A stretch of DNA of 64,000 nucleotides from an uncultured bacterium (GTDB lineage Bacteria; Krumholzibacteriota; Krumholzibacteriia; Krumholzibacteriales; Krumholzibacteriaceae), in the NCBI GenBank assembly GCA_963786935.1, contig CAWBAN010000005.1:64001-128000 (forward strand), given 5' to 3'. Of the stretch, positions 1-9,879 are shown in pieces. Below the pieces are notes generated by a model that saw only the letters and a list, made by a program, of their open reading frames with translations, was not told where the DNA came from and ran no database searches. Position 1 is the stretch's first letter, and every line of letters starts with the position of its first letter. The translations under genes were made by a program, and so were the position numbers.

Positions 1-2
1 AG

Positions 3-629
3 GCCGACACGATCGATTCGTTCGATTACCGGACGATCGACGAATGGCTCCGCGAGACGCCGGGGAAGCTCGTCGACATGGGCCTCAAGGCGTCCGTGCA
101 GGGCCCCCGGGAGCGGACGAAATTTCTCGATCGCCTCGTCCGCCTCGTCCGCGACGGCGCGCTCGCGGACGTGCTCGCGGACGCGGAGGTGGCGGGCCGC
201 GTCGCGCGGTACCGCGACGAGGAGAAGCGCATGATCGAGTTCCTGCGAAAATCGATCTCCTTCCTCCCTGAGGACGCCGGTCGCGAGCTCATCGTTCTCG
301 ATTTCACCGCGCATTCGAGGCCTCCCCGCGTGCTCAAGAATCTCGCCTATCTTCTCGAGCCCGGGGCGCTGGCCGCGCTCACCGTGAACCCGGTCTTTCG
401 CGGCGACCGCAAGACGAACGACATCTCCGTCTCGATGTCCCTCTCGATGAACATGACCGGCAAGCAGCACGGCAAGGATATCGGGGAGATCATGCGCGCG
501 CTCGACATCGGCGATGGGCACGCCGGGGCGGCGGCCGGCGGCGTTCACTGCGAATCGAAGGACGAGATGCTCCGAAGGAAGAAGAAGCTCCTCTCCGACA
601 TCTGGAGGCTCTGGAAGGGAATGAAATGA
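3..629 (+). CDS. 5'-truncated protein, probable DHH/DHHA1-family phosphoesterase
   Basis: Frame is open from the window edge (ADTIDSFDY...). C-terminal DIGEIMRALDIGDGHAGAAAG resembles the DHHA1 GGGH motif. Stop overlaps the next ATG (ATGA). Confidence 0.5.
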   Translation, partial: ADTIDSFDYRTIDEWLRETPGKLVDMGLKASVQGPRERTKFLDRLVRLVRDGALADVLADAEVAGRVARYRDEEKRMIEFLRKSISFLPEDAGRELIVLDFTAHSRPPRVLKNLAYLLEPGALAALTVNPVFRGDRKTNDISVSMSLSMNMTGKQHGKDIGEIMRALDIGDGHAGAAAGGVHCESKDEMLRRKKKLLSDIWRLWKGMK

Positions 630-3600
630 CCGCGAACCGCTCGACACGGATCGTCGTCGCGCTCTGCCTCGCGCTCGCCGCGAGTCCGGCGGCGCTCGCG
701 CCGGCGAATTCGGGTCCGCGCGTCGAAGCCGCCCCGGCTCCGGCCCCCGCGGCCGGTCGCGTCGCCGTCCATGACGCCGGCGCGGCGCTCCTCGACGCCG
801 GGGAGAACGAGCGGGCCGCGCGGTTCTTCGAAGAGGCGCTGTCGGCGCACGGGGGGCTCGTCGAGCTCGCCGAGGGGCTCATCGAGGCGCGTTCCCGCCT
901 CTGCGCGCCGAACGCGGCGCTCGCGCGCTCGGCGCAGGCGATGCCGGCGGAGGAAGGGCCCCGGCGCGAAATCTTCGATCATTATCTCCTGGGCGAGCGC
1001 TCGCGCATCCGGCGGGAGTTCAAAGACGCGGCCGCGCATTTCCGGAGCGCGTTCTCGGCCGCCGAGCGGACGGGGGATACGATCTCCGCGATCGTGTGCG
1101 GCACGGCGCTCGCGCTCGGGCTCGCGGCGAATCAGGACGCCGCGGGCGCCCTCGCGACGGCGGCCGGGCTCGACTCGCTCGCGCGGGGGCTCGTTCCGGA
1201 GGGCCGGCTCGCCGTATCCGTCATCGCGCTTCGCGCCGAATGCATGGGCGCGGCCGACAGCATCGACGCGGCCGAAAGGCTCTTCGGCGGCGCGCTCGCC
1301 GCGGCCAAAGCGGGAGGGTTCCGGGGGATCGAGAGCGCCTGCCTCGCGGGTCTCGGGCGGCTCGACGACAAGCGCCAGCGATACGGGGATGCGGCGTCGC
1401 TCTACGGCCGGGCGCTCGCCCTCGAGCGCGGCATGGGGAGCAAGGAGCAGATAGCGACCCTTCTCAACAACCTCGGGCAGGTCGAGGTGAACACGGGCGC
1501 GCTGGACGCCGCCTCGAGCCGTTTCGCGGAGGCGGAGACGATCGCGGACTCCTGCGGGCTGAAATGGATCCTCGCCTACCTGGCCTACGGCCGCGGCGCC
1601 CTCGCCGAGAGGCGCGGGGACCCGGAAGGGGCCGTCAAGCTCTTCCAGCAGGCGCTCGCGCTGCACCGGGCGCAGGGAAGCGTCTGGGGAGAGCTCGGCG
1701 CGCAGCTCAGGCTCGCGTATCTCCGCGGCTCGCTGGGGCAGTACGCCACGGCGGTCGGACACTACGAGCAAGCGCTCAAAGTCTACGAGGAGATGAAGAG
1801 CCTCTACGGCATGAGCTGGACGCTCGCGGGGCTCGCCGTCGCCCATCACAAGCTCGGCGATTTCGCGAAGGCCGAAGCCTACTACCGACGCGCGCTCGAG
1901 GTGAGGCGCCGCCTCGGCGACCGGCGCGGCGCCGCCTGGTGCCTCAATTCGCTCGGGATGATCGCCGACATGCAGGGGCGCTATCGCGACGCCCTCTCGT
2001 ACGAGCACGAGGCGATGGCGATCTACCGGGAGCTCGGCGACCGCGCGGGCGTCGGGGAATCGTACTTCGGCATCGGATCGGTCTTCTTCTATCTCGGCAA
2101 CTACACCGAATCGCTGAAGAACTACGAGGAGGCGTTCGCGACCGCGACCGAGACGGGAGACGAGCGGTTGCTCGGCAACGTCGTGAGCGGCATGGGATCC
2201 GCCTACGAGGCGGCGGGGCGGCTCGATCTCGCGGGGGATCTGTACCGGAAATGCCTCGAAATCGCCCGCGCGTCGAAGGAGAAGATACAGGTCGTCTGGG
2301 CCCTCAACAATCTCGCCTCCCTCGAAATTCAGACCGGAGAGCTCGCCGCGGCGAGCAGGCACGCCGGGGAGGCGCTCGCGCTCCTTCCTGCGGAAGGGCA
2401 GGATTATCTGCGCGCCCGCTCGCTCTCGCTCATGGGGATGGCCGGAGGGTCGGTCGAATCGTCGATCGCTCACCTCGAGCGCGCACTCTCCCTCGCCGAG
2501 CGGAGCGGCATCGAGGAGCTCAGGTGGAAATGCCTGTCCGATCTCGGCGAGCTCTATTGGGCGAAGGGAGACACCGCGAAGAGCTACTCGTTCCAGCATC
2601 GCGCGATCGTCGCGGTGGAATCGCTCAGGCGTCTCGCCGGCTCCGACGAGCTTCGGCGGCATTTCTTCCGCCCCGCGATCCTTCCCTACGATCGCATCGT
2701 TTCGGTCATCCTGACGAGGTCCGGCCGCTCCGCCGACGTGAAGGAAGCGTTCAGCTACACGGAGCGCTGCAGGGCCCAGATCCTCGCCTCGCTCCTCCGG
2801 GAGGCGATGGAACGGACCGGCGCGAAGGGGAACGACCGGCTCCTCGGCCGCGAGCGGGACATCCTCTCGCGGCTCGCGTTCTATCAGGCGCGTCTGCAGG
2901 ACGGGACCCTCACCGGCGAAGAGCGCGCGGGCTATCTCGAGAAGATCGAGGGGCTCGAGCGGCGCTTCACGAGCCTGAGCCTCAAGTTCGAGCAGGGGGA
3001 CCGGGATTACGTCTCGGCGCTCTATCCGAAGGTCGAGCAGCCCGACGAGCTCCTCGCCTCGCTCGCCCCCGACGAGCGGCTCTTGTCCTATTTTCTCGGG
3101 GAGAAGCGGTCGTTCGTGTTCTGCGGCACGAGAGAAGGGCTCGACGTCCGCGAGCTTCCCGCGCGCGACGTCATCGAGCGGCGCGTCGAATACTTCCTGA
3201 GCATTCTCGCGCAGATGGCGAATGCGCCCGACGGCGCGGTCTCCGATTCGACGGCGCCGCCCGCCGCGGCGTCCGCTCCCGCGATCCCGCCGCAGGTGTT
3301 CGAGCTGGCGTCGCAGGAGCTCTCCGATCTGCTTCTCGAGCCGGCGGCACGATGGCTCGAACCGGGGGAGAAGCTCGTCATCGTGCCGGACGGCATGCTC
3401 CACCGGCTGCCGTTCGCGCTCCTCAAGAACGATGGCCGCTATCTCGTCGCCGATCACGACATCTCGTACGCGCCGTCGCTGCGGACGCTCCGGTATCTGC
3501 GGGAGCGCGGCGCCGTGCGCGCCGGCTCGAAGCGCGCGCCCGAATACGACATTATCGCGATCGGCGCGAGCGGCGAGGGAGCGGCGGGCCCGCGGGAGGG

Positions 3601-4327
3601 CGAGCGCGTCTACCCCTTCACCGACATTCCGATCGAGCCGCTGCCCCTCGCGGCGCGGGAGGCGAAGGACGTCGCGTCGATATTCTCCCGGTCGCGCCTG
3701 CTCGCGGGGCGGAGCGCGGGGGAGGGCGCGCTCAAGGCGAGCCGCATCGACGACACGGGAATCCTCCACATCGCGGCGCACGCCTACGTCGACAACGACG
3801 ATCTCCGGCGCTCGTTCATCGTCCTCAATCCCGAGCGCGGCTTCGGCGACACGCTTGCGAGCGTGTCGGAGGACGGCATCCTCCAGTGGCACGAGATCGC
3901 CTCGCTCAAGCTCAACGCGGCGCTCGTGACGCTGTCGTCGTGCCGCTCCGCGGGGGGCGTGCTGTCCTACGGGGAGGGCATTTCGGGGCTCACCGAGGGA
4001 TTTCTCTACGCGGGGGGCGGCTGTGTGCTCGCGGCGCAGCTCGACATACCGGACGATCTCGCCGGCGACATGATGATCGAGTACTACCGGGGCGTGAAGA
4101 AGGGGCTCACCGCGGCGGCTGCGTTGAGCGCTGCGCAGCGGAGCGCTCTCGCGAAGGAGGGCGCGATCACGAACCCGGCCGTGTGGGGCGCGTACGTCGC
4201 GATCGGGGACGGCGCATCGGCGCCCCGGCTCTCGAGCCGGCTCGTGCGATCGAGAGTCCTGCTCATCGCGCTCGTTCTCGCGGGGGTCGTTCTCGGGGCG
4301 ATCGTGGTGCGGGGGCGTCGCCGCTGA
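626..4327 (+). CDS. Exported TPR-repeat CHAT (caspase/HetF-like) cysteine protease with C-terminal membrane anchor
   Basis: Signal peptide, many TPRs (LNNLG, LNSLG), IVPDGMLHRLPF, catalytic His (ILHIAAHA) and Cys (LVTLSSC), PAVWGAYVAIG, then a hydrophobic helix and RGRRR tail. Confidence 0.92.
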   Translation: MTANRSTRIVVALCLALAASPAALAPANSGPRVEAAPAPAPAAGRVAVHDAGAALLDAGENERAARFFEEALSAHGGLVELAEGLIEARSRLCAPNAALARSAQAMPAEEGPRREIFDHYLLGERSRIRREFKDAAAHFRSAFSAAERTGDTISAIVCGTALALGLAANQDAAGALATAAGLDSLARGLVPEGRLAVSVIALRAECMGAADSIDAAERLFGGALAAAKAGGFRGIESACLAGLGRLDDKRQRYGDAASLYGRALALERGMGSKEQIATLLNNLGQVEVNTGALDAASSRFAEAETIADSCGLKWILAYLAYGRGALAERRGDPEGAVKLFQQALALHRAQGSVWGELGAQLRLAYLRGSLGQYATAVGHYEQALKVYEEMKSLYGMSWTLAGLAVAHHKLGDFAKAEAYYRRALEVRRRLGDRRGAAWCLNSLGMIADMQGRYRDALSYEHEAMAIYRELGDRAGVGESYFGIGSVFFYLGNYTESLKNYEEAFATATETGDERLLGNVVSGMGSAYEAAGRLDLAGDLYRKCLEIARASKEKIQVVWALNNLASLEIQTGELAAASRHAGEALALLPAEGQDYLRARSLSLMGMAGGSVESSIAHLERALSLAERSGIEELRWKCLSDLGELYWAKGDTAKSYSFQHRAIVAVESLRRLAGSDELRRHFFRPAILPYDRIVSVILTRSGRSADVKEAFSYTERCRAQILASLLREAMERTGAKGNDRLLGRERDILSRLAFYQARLQDGTLTGEERAGYLEKIEGLERRFTSLSLKFEQGDRDYVSALYPKVEQPDELLASLAPDERLLSYFLGEKRSFVFCGTREGLDVRELPARDVIERRVEYFLSILAQMANAPDGAVSDSTAPPAAASAPAIPPQVFELASQELSDLLLEPAARWLEPGEKLVIVPDGMLHRLPFALLKNDGRYLVADHDISYAPSLRTLRYLRERGAVRAGSKRAPEYDIIAIGASGEGAAGPREGERVYPFTDIPIEPLPLAAREAKDVASIFSRSRLLAGRSAGEGALKASRIDDTGILHIAAHAYVDNDDLRRSFIVLNPERGFGDTLASVSEDGILQWHEIASLKLNAALVTLSSCRSAGGVLSYGEGISGLTEGFLYAGGGCVLAAQLDIPDDLAGDMMIEYYRGVKKGLTAAAALSAAQRSALAKEGAITNPAVWGAYVAIGDGASAPRLSSRLVRSRVLLIALVLAGVVLGAIVVRGRRR

Positions 4328-4406
4328 TTCCTCTCGCCCGGGCAGTCATTTTTTTCATGGCGGAAAACGCATTTTCTGTGTCATCCTCCGGCGGGGGAAT
4401 GTCTCA

Positions 4407-4997
4407 TTGATTGAGAATGTGCAAACGGCGACCGACGAGGCGCTTGCCGCGGAAATCGCGCAGGAGCCAAGCGAGCGGCTCTGCACCGAGCTCTTCCGCC
4501 GGTACTGCAAGAAGATCTACCTCTGGTGCTTCGGCTACTCGCACGACGTCGATGACGCGCTCGATCTCTCGCAGGAGATCTGCGCGAAGATCTTCCGCGG
4601 CATCGGAAGCTACTCCGGGCGCTCGCGGTTCTCGACGTGGGTCTATCAGGTGACGCGGAACCACTGCATCGGCGAGCTTTCGAAGCGGCGGATGCGGTGG
4701 CGCGACCGGCTCCTTTCGTTCGAGGAGAGCGCCGGCGAGGAGGCGCTCGAGGCGAAGATCTTCTCGCGGCTCGACGAGATCGACGATATCGGGAAGATCC
4801 TCGCGGCGGCGCGGGAATACATGTCGATGGAGGAGCTCGAGGCGTTCGTCCTCCATTACCACGAGGGGCTCTCGGTGAACGAGATCACGAAGATCATCGG
4901 GTGCGCGAACGCGACGGGCGCCCGGGCGCTGATCCAGAGCGCGAGACGGAAATTCGGCCGCCTCGTCGAAGAAAAGGATTTCGGGCATGCCTCGTGA
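4407..4997 (+). CDS. ECF-type RNA polymerase sigma-70 factor
   Basis: Region 2 DALDLSQEI...FSTWVYQVTRNHC; region 4 LHYHEGLSVNEI; TTG start. Confidence 0.88.
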   Translation: MIENVQTATDEALAAEIAQEPSERLCTELFRRYCKKIYLWCFGYSHDVDDALDLSQEICAKIFRGIGSYSGRSRFSTWVYQVTRNHCIGELSKRRMRWRDRLLSFEESAGEEALEAKIFSRLDEIDDIGKILAAAREYMSMEELEAFVLHYHEGLSVNEITKIIGCANATGARALIQSARRKFGRLVEEKDFGHAS

Positions 4998-5733
4998 CGG
5001 ACATATCGATCTCGAAACGCTGGACGCATATCTCCTCGGGAAGCTCGGCGAGGCGGAAGCCGGGGCCGTGCGCCGCCACGTCGAGGAGTGCGCGCTCTGC
5101 GCCCTCGAGCTCAAGCGCCTCCAGCGGTTCGCCGCGATCGATTCGGACGAGGATCTGTCCCGCTCGGCCGAATGGATCTACGCGCGGCGGAAGCTCGAGA
5201 ACGCCTATCGGGACAAGATCGCGCCCCGTTTGACCGGCCGCCCCGAGGCGGCCCGCGACACCGGCGTGCGTCGCTTCCGGCTCTCCCGCGGCGCTCGCGC
5301 CGCGGGATGGATCGTCCCGGCGGCGGTCATGGCGGCGGGTCTCGTCATCATCGGAATATTCTCGAAGCAGGACGAATCCCCCGTGAGCGAGCCCGCGCGG
5401 CGCGTCATGCGCGGCGCGCCCCCGGTGCGCTACGAGATCGAGCTCGTCGAGCCGGCCGGGGAGATCGCCGCTCCTCCGGCGCTCTTCAGGTGGCGATCGG
5501 AACGCGGTGACGACCGGTACACGCTCGAGATCTTCACGCCGACGCTGTCGCGGATCTATCGAACGGCGAACGTGCCGGGCACGTCATGGACCGCGCCCGA
5601 CAGCCTCCGCGAGGCCCTCAAGCCCAACGTCGTCTATCTCTGGAGCGTCCGGGGGCAGAAGGGGCTCGAACGCATGTCCGTATCTCCGAACGGCTGGTTC
5701 AAGATCGCGCGCAAATCCATGATTCCGAAGTGA
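4987..5733 (+). CDS. Transmembrane anti-sigma factor (zf-HC2 N-terminus, TM helix, extracytoplasmic domain)
   Basis: H-x3-C-x2-C (HVEECALC), one TM helix (WIVPAAVMAAGLVIIGIF); overlaps the sigma gene. Confidence 0.82.
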   Translation: MPRDGHIDLETLDAYLLGKLGEAEAGAVRRHVEECALCALELKRLQRFAAIDSDEDLSRSAEWIYARRKLENAYRDKIAPRLTGRPEAARDTGVRRFRLSRGARAAGWIVPAAVMAAGLVIIGIFSKQDESPVSEPARRVMRGAPPVRYEIELVEPAGEIAAPPALFRWRSERGDDRYTLEIFTPTLSRIYRTANVPGTSWTAPDSLREALKPNVVYLWSVRGQKGLERMSVSPNGWFKIARKSMIPK

Positions 5734-5750
5734 CCGCTTCCGTCCTCTCC

Positions 5751-5779
5751 TTGACACATTGCATACCGCGTGATAGCGT
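5751..5779 (+). promoter_or_regulatory. Sigma-70-like promoter for the M24 peptidase
   Basis: TTGACA-N17-TAGCGT preceded by TG. Confidence 0.55.
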
Positions 5780-5837
5780 TCCGCTATAGGTTTTCGCTGT
5801 TTCGATGCGTATTCTCGAATGCGGGGAGGCTCGGACG

Positions 5838-7022
5838 ATGGATATCAAGAAGATTCAGGCTGCGCTCAAGGAAAAGGGCGTCGACGGCTGGCTCCTGTGC
5901 GATTTTCACAATCGTGACCATCTCGCCTACCGCGTGCTCGGGCTCGATTTCAAGAAAATGACGTCGCGGAGATGGTTCTACTTCATTCCGACGAAAGGAG
6001 AGCCTATCCGCCTCGTCTCCGCGGTCGAGCCGGCGCGGCTCGACGCGCTCCCCGGCGAGAAGCGGTTCTACCGCGCGTGGGGAGAGCTCCATTCGTCCAT
6101 CGAGACAATGCTCGGGAAGCCCAAGAAGATCGCCATGCAGTATTCTCCGCTGAACAACATCCCGTACGTGTCGATCGTGGACGCGGGCACGATCGAGATC
6201 GTGAGAAAATTCGGTCACGAGATCGTCTCCTCGGCCGATCTCGTCCAGCAGTTCGAATCGCTCATCGATCAGAAGGGCTATGAGAGCCACCTCAAGGCCT
6301 GCGACAAGGTCCAGCATATCAAGAACGAGGCCTTCGCCGAGATCGGCAAGGCGTTCGCCGAGAAGCGGAAGCTCACCGAGTACGAGCTCGCGCGCTGGAT
6401 CATGAAGCGCTTCGACGAGGAAGGGCTCGATTGCGGCGGCGAATCCCCCATCGTCGGCATCAACGACCATCCGTCCGATCCTCACTTCGAGCCGAAGCAG
6501 GAGGGCACGTACACCTTCAAGAAGGGGGATTGCATCCTCATCGATCTCTGGGCGAAGCTCAAAGAGCCCGGCTCGATCTACTACGACATCACGTGGTGCG
6601 GGTTCGCCGGCGACGAGCCCCCCGAGAAATACCAGGAGATCTTCCACACCGTGCGCGACGCGCGCATCGCCGCGGTGAACTTCGTGCGCAAGCGCTTCGC
6701 CGCGAAGAAGCCGTGCTTCGGGTGGGAGGTGGACGACGCGTGCCGAAACGTGATCGTCGACGCCGGTTACGGCGACTACTTCGTCCACCGGACGGGGCAC
6801 TCGATCGGCGAGGAAGTCCACGGGAACGGCGTCAACATCGACAACCTCGAGACGAAGGACGAACGGCAGCTCGTGCCGGGGATCTGCTTCTCGGTCGAGC
6901 CGGGCATCTACCTCAAGGGGGAGATGGCGGCGCGCACCGAGATCGACTGCTTCATCACGCTCGACGGCGAGGTCGTCGTGGCCGGCGAGGAGCAGATGGA
7001 GCTCGTACGGGTGCACGTGTAG
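5838..7022 (+). CDS. M24 family (Xaa-Pro) aminopeptidase
   Basis: IDLWAK, YDITW, HRTGHSIG, SVEPGIY, RTEID metal ligands; GGAGG RBS before ATG 5838. Confidence 0.9.
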   Translation: MDIKKIQAALKEKGVDGWLLCDFHNRDHLAYRVLGLDFKKMTSRRWFYFIPTKGEPIRLVSAVEPARLDALPGEKRFYRAWGELHSSIETMLGKPKKIAMQYSPLNNIPYVSIVDAGTIEIVRKFGHEIVSSADLVQQFESLIDQKGYESHLKACDKVQHIKNEAFAEIGKAFAEKRKLTEYELARWIMKRFDEEGLDCGGESPIVGINDHPSDPHFEPKQEGTYTFKKGDCILIDLWAKLKEPGSIYYDITWCGFAGDEPPEKYQEIFHTVRDARIAAVNFVRKRFAAKKPCFGWEVDDACRNVIVDAGYGDYFVHRTGHSIGEEVHGNGVNIDNLETKDERQLVPGICFSVEPGIYLKGEMAARTEIDCFITLDGEVVVAGEEQMELVRVHV

Positions 7023-7086
7023 GCGCCGCGCCCGCGGCGCCCGCGGAACGAATCGGCGAACCGGGGGGATCCGGTGGGGCCGGGCG

Positions 7087-8376
7087 CTAGATCACCCGCC
7101 TGAGCGTGAGCGATATCGTTCGCTCCGCGCCGTTTCTCGTGACGGCGAGCGTCACCCGGGCGCCCGCTTTTCTGAACAGATCGTGCAGCTCGAATCCGTC
7201 GCGCGCCGGGGACGCGACCCCGTTTATCGCCATGACCGTGTCGCCGGCGGCCAATCCGGCTTCGTCGGCGGGAGATCCGGGATACACGCGGTCGACGAGA
7301 AACTCCCTATTCTTCCCCCTGCTCATGACGATGCCGGACATATCGTATTCGGACGGCTCCGCGAAACGCCGGTTCGGCTCGAGAAACATCCGGTGCCCGG
7401 GATAGTCGTAGACGATGTTGAAACGGGAGAAAAGACCGAGCCCGATCAGCGCCTCCGTCGTCACCTGTCCCCTGTCGTCGGGAGCGACGAAGCCGGTGAG
7501 AAGATCGGAAAGGCGGTATTTCCCGATCTCGACGGCGCGGACTCGCCCGATGAAACCGCGCGTCTCTCCCTGCGCGCCGAAACCGAGGCTGGCCTCGAGC
7601 GCTCGCTCCGGAGGGGCGAGCCTGTTCCCTTCCCGCGGGTCGACCTGCAGATAGTCGTTGTATCCGAGATCCATCGCCAGATCGAGCGCGACGCGGCGGC
7701 CGCCGGCGAGCTCGATCGTCCCCGGGATCGCCCAGTATCCGCCGCCGATCGGCTTCATGGGGACCTCGATCCCGCCGCCCGCATAGCGGAACGCGCGCGG
7801 CTCGATGAGGGTGATGACCATATCGTCGAAGTCGATGTCGACCACGAAGTGCTTAAGGAACGCGGCGCTGACCTGTCCGTCGGTCCCGGCCCACATTTCG
7901 GCGAAGCCGGCGCTCGCCGGAGTGACGATGGCCGTCTGGCCGATGAACTCAGCTCCCGGGAAGCTGATGGTGATGCCCGACGCCATGCGCGATTTCACCG
8001 GATCCCCTTCGCCGGTGCCGCCCACATCTACATCTCCGTCGTAGGAGAGCGCGAGCGAGTCGATCCGCGGGCCGCCGAAAAAGAGCAGCTGATCCCACAG
8101 CATTCCGTTGTCGAGCATCATCCGCACGTCCCGGCCGTTCACCCTGCCCCCCTCGAGCAGGATGTCCCCGCGGAAGAGCTTGAACGGGATCCTGATCACG
8201 CCGTCGGGAGCGGTGATCCGGTAGCTTCCCGGGGCGGGTCCGAGGACCGGGTCCTCGGCGGGCCCGCCCGCGAAGGCCCCCTGCGCGAGGACGACGATCG
8301 AGACCGCGGCGGCGCGAAGAATCGTACGCATCGTGCACGTCGCGCCGGGGATGGCGCTCTCGTGGTGCTTCTTCAT
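7087..8376 (-). CDS. Exported two-domain retropepsin-like aspartyl protease with C-terminal PDZ domain
   Basis: MLDNG and AMDLG catalytic-like motifs, LIGLGLFSRFNIVYDY, PDZ VYPGSPADEAGLAAGD. Confidence 0.75.
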   Translation of the reverse strand: MKKHHESAIPGATCTMRTILRAAAVSIVVLAQGAFAGGPAEDPVLGPAPGSYRITAPDGVIRIPFKLFRGDILLEGGRVNGRDVRMMLDNGMLWDQLLFFGGPRIDSLALSYDGDVDVGGTGEGDPVKSRMASGITISFPGAEFIGQTAIVTPASAGFAEMWAGTDGQVSAAFLKHFVVDIDFDDMVITLIEPRAFRYAGGGIEVPMKPIGGGYWAIPGTIELAGGRRVALDLAMDLGYNDYLQVDPREGNRLAPPERALEASLGFGAQGETRGFIGRVRAVEIGKYRLSDLLTGFVAPDDRGQVTTEALIGLGLFSRFNIVYDYPGHRMFLEPNRRFAEPSEYDMSGIVMSRGKNREFLVDRVYPGSPADEAGLAAGDTVMAINGVASPARDGFELHDLFRKAGARVTLAVTRNGAERTISLTLRRVI

Positions 8377-9029
8377 GCTGGTGCCTTTCCTTCGTGACGA
8401 ATGCCCCGAATGAACAGATCGAGAAAATGCTCGACGTAATCGTCCGGCTCAAACGATGCGAACGAGTACGACTTCGACACGGCGCGGTTGAGAATCGCGC
8501 GCAGAGAATAGATGTACTGGCTGATGCAGAGATCCGTCCTGAGGTTGGGCCGAAGCGAGCCGTCCGCGATGCCGAGCTCGAAGACGGCTCTCAACCCGTC
8601 CGCCAGCGCTTCGTTGACGGCCTCGAACGAGGCGAACGTCTCCTTGCCGACCCGTTTGCGATCCACTCCCCTGAAATCCCAGTAGAGCTGCAGGCGCAGC
8701 GAATGCGGATTCTCCTTCGCGTGCGCGTAGAACGATCGGCCCCACGCGGCGACCTTGTCGAGCCCCGTGCCCCCGCGTTCGATCGCCGTCCGCTGCGCGT
8801 TCCATCGCGCTTCGAGGTCTTCAGTGAAGATCCGCATCAGGATCTCGTCGCGGCTCGTGAAGTAGGCGTACATGGTGCGCCGGGTGTATCCGGCGGCCGC
8901 GGCGATAGCGTCCATGGTGATCTCTTCGACATCCCCCGAGGCGATCAGGCGGCGCGCGGCGTCGAGGATGAACCGGCGGCGGGTGTCCATCTCGGTCAGG
9001 CGGCGGGATCTATTGACTGTCCGTTTCAT
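8373..9029 (-). CDS. TetR/AcrR family regulator
   Basis: ITMDAIAAAAGYTRRTMYAYF HTH; AAGGAG RBS before ATG 9029; stop overlaps the protease start. Confidence 0.9.
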   Translation of the reverse strand: MKRTVNRSRRLTEMDTRRRFILDAARRLIASGDVEEITMDAIAAAAGYTRRTMYAYFTSRDEILMRIFTEDLEARWNAQRTAIERGGTGLDKVAAWGRSFYAHAKENPHSLRLQLYWDFRGVDRKRVGKETFASFEAVNEALADGLRAVFELGIADGSLRPNLRTDLCISQYIYSLRAILNRAVSKSYSFASFEPDDYVEHFLDLFIRGIRHEGKAPA

Positions 9030-9030
9030 G

Positions 9031-9049
9031 ATTACACTCCTTGTGTAAT
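9031..9049. promoter_or_regulatory. Palindromic operator over the TetR RBS
   Basis: ATTACAC-N5-GTGTAAT perfect inverted repeat. Confidence 0.6.
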
Positions 9050-9187
9050 ATGTTTCCTTATACGTGTAATTCATGTGAAAGTTCCGGCCCATCCCGGTCT
9101 ATCTGCGGTTCCGGGCGGGATTGGGATGCGGACCCGCGCCGGAGCGCCGTGATGATGATCGTAGGGGAGGAGCAGAGGATTATTCGC

Positions 9188-9224
9188 TTGACATTTGTTG
9201 AATATTGTATATTGTATACAATAT
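9188..9224 (+). promoter_or_regulatory. GntR promoter with overlapping 16-bp palindromic operator
   Basis: TTGACA 9188-9193; ATATTGTATACAATAT 9209-9224 covers the -10 element and the start codon. Confidence 0.7.
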
Positions 9225-9879
9225 GAAAACAATAGAACGGGTTCCCATACGCGACCAAATCTACCACCAACTCATTGATTTAATTATCAAAGGGCGATTC
9301 GCCGCGGGCGCGCGCATCAAAGACACCGACCTCGCGTCGCAGCTCGGCATCAGCCGCACCCCCGTGAGGGAGACGCTCCTTCGTCTCGAACGGGAAGGAT
9401 TCCTGCGCAACGCGCCCGGGAGGGGCTTCACCGTGAGCCCCCTCGACCTCCGGGAGATACAGGAGGCATATCCGATCCTCTCGATTCTCGAGGCGACGGG
9501 AATCGAGACGTACGGAGCTCCTTCGCCGGCCGAGCTCGATGAGCTGATACGTCTGAATCGGCGCATGGCGGCCCCCGGGACGGATCCCGCCCGGCTGATC
9601 GAGCTCGACAACGAGTTCCACTCCCGGATGCTCGCGGGTTGCACGAACCGGCGCCTCGTGTCGATGGTCGCCGATTTGAAGCAGATAGTTCGCCGATACG
9701 AGTATGCCTACATGTCGGACCGGTCTTCCATCGGCGAGTCGGTCGACGATCATACCCGTTTGATCGATCTGCTCCGCGCAGGCGATCTGCCGGCGGTCCG
9801 CGGGGCGCTTGAGGAACATTGGAATCGTTCACTCCGGGCGGTGGTGACGAATTGGGGCGGTCATGAACGGCTTCAATGA
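9223..9879 (+). CDS. GntR family (FCD) regulator
   Basis: LASQLGISRTPVRETL wHTH; DNEFH...NRRL...DDH...EEHW FCD motifs. Confidence 0.92.
   Translation: MKTIERVPIRDQIYHQLIDLIIKGRFAAGARIKDTDLASQLGISRTPVRETLLRLEREGFLRNAPGRGFTVSPLDLREIQEAYPILSILEATGIETYGAPSPAELDELIRLNRRMAAPGTDPARLIELDNEFHSRMLAGCTNRRLVSMVADLKQIVRRYEYAYMSDRSSIGESVDDHTRLIDLLRAGDLPAVRGALEEHWNRSLRAVVTNWGGHERLQ

Noticed and set aside
545..3892. Very long antisense or alternate-frame ORFs (also 16313..19498, 20607..24050, 50045..52864, 59258..63322)
   Set aside because: Shadows of real genes caused by high GC3; no recognisable motifs.
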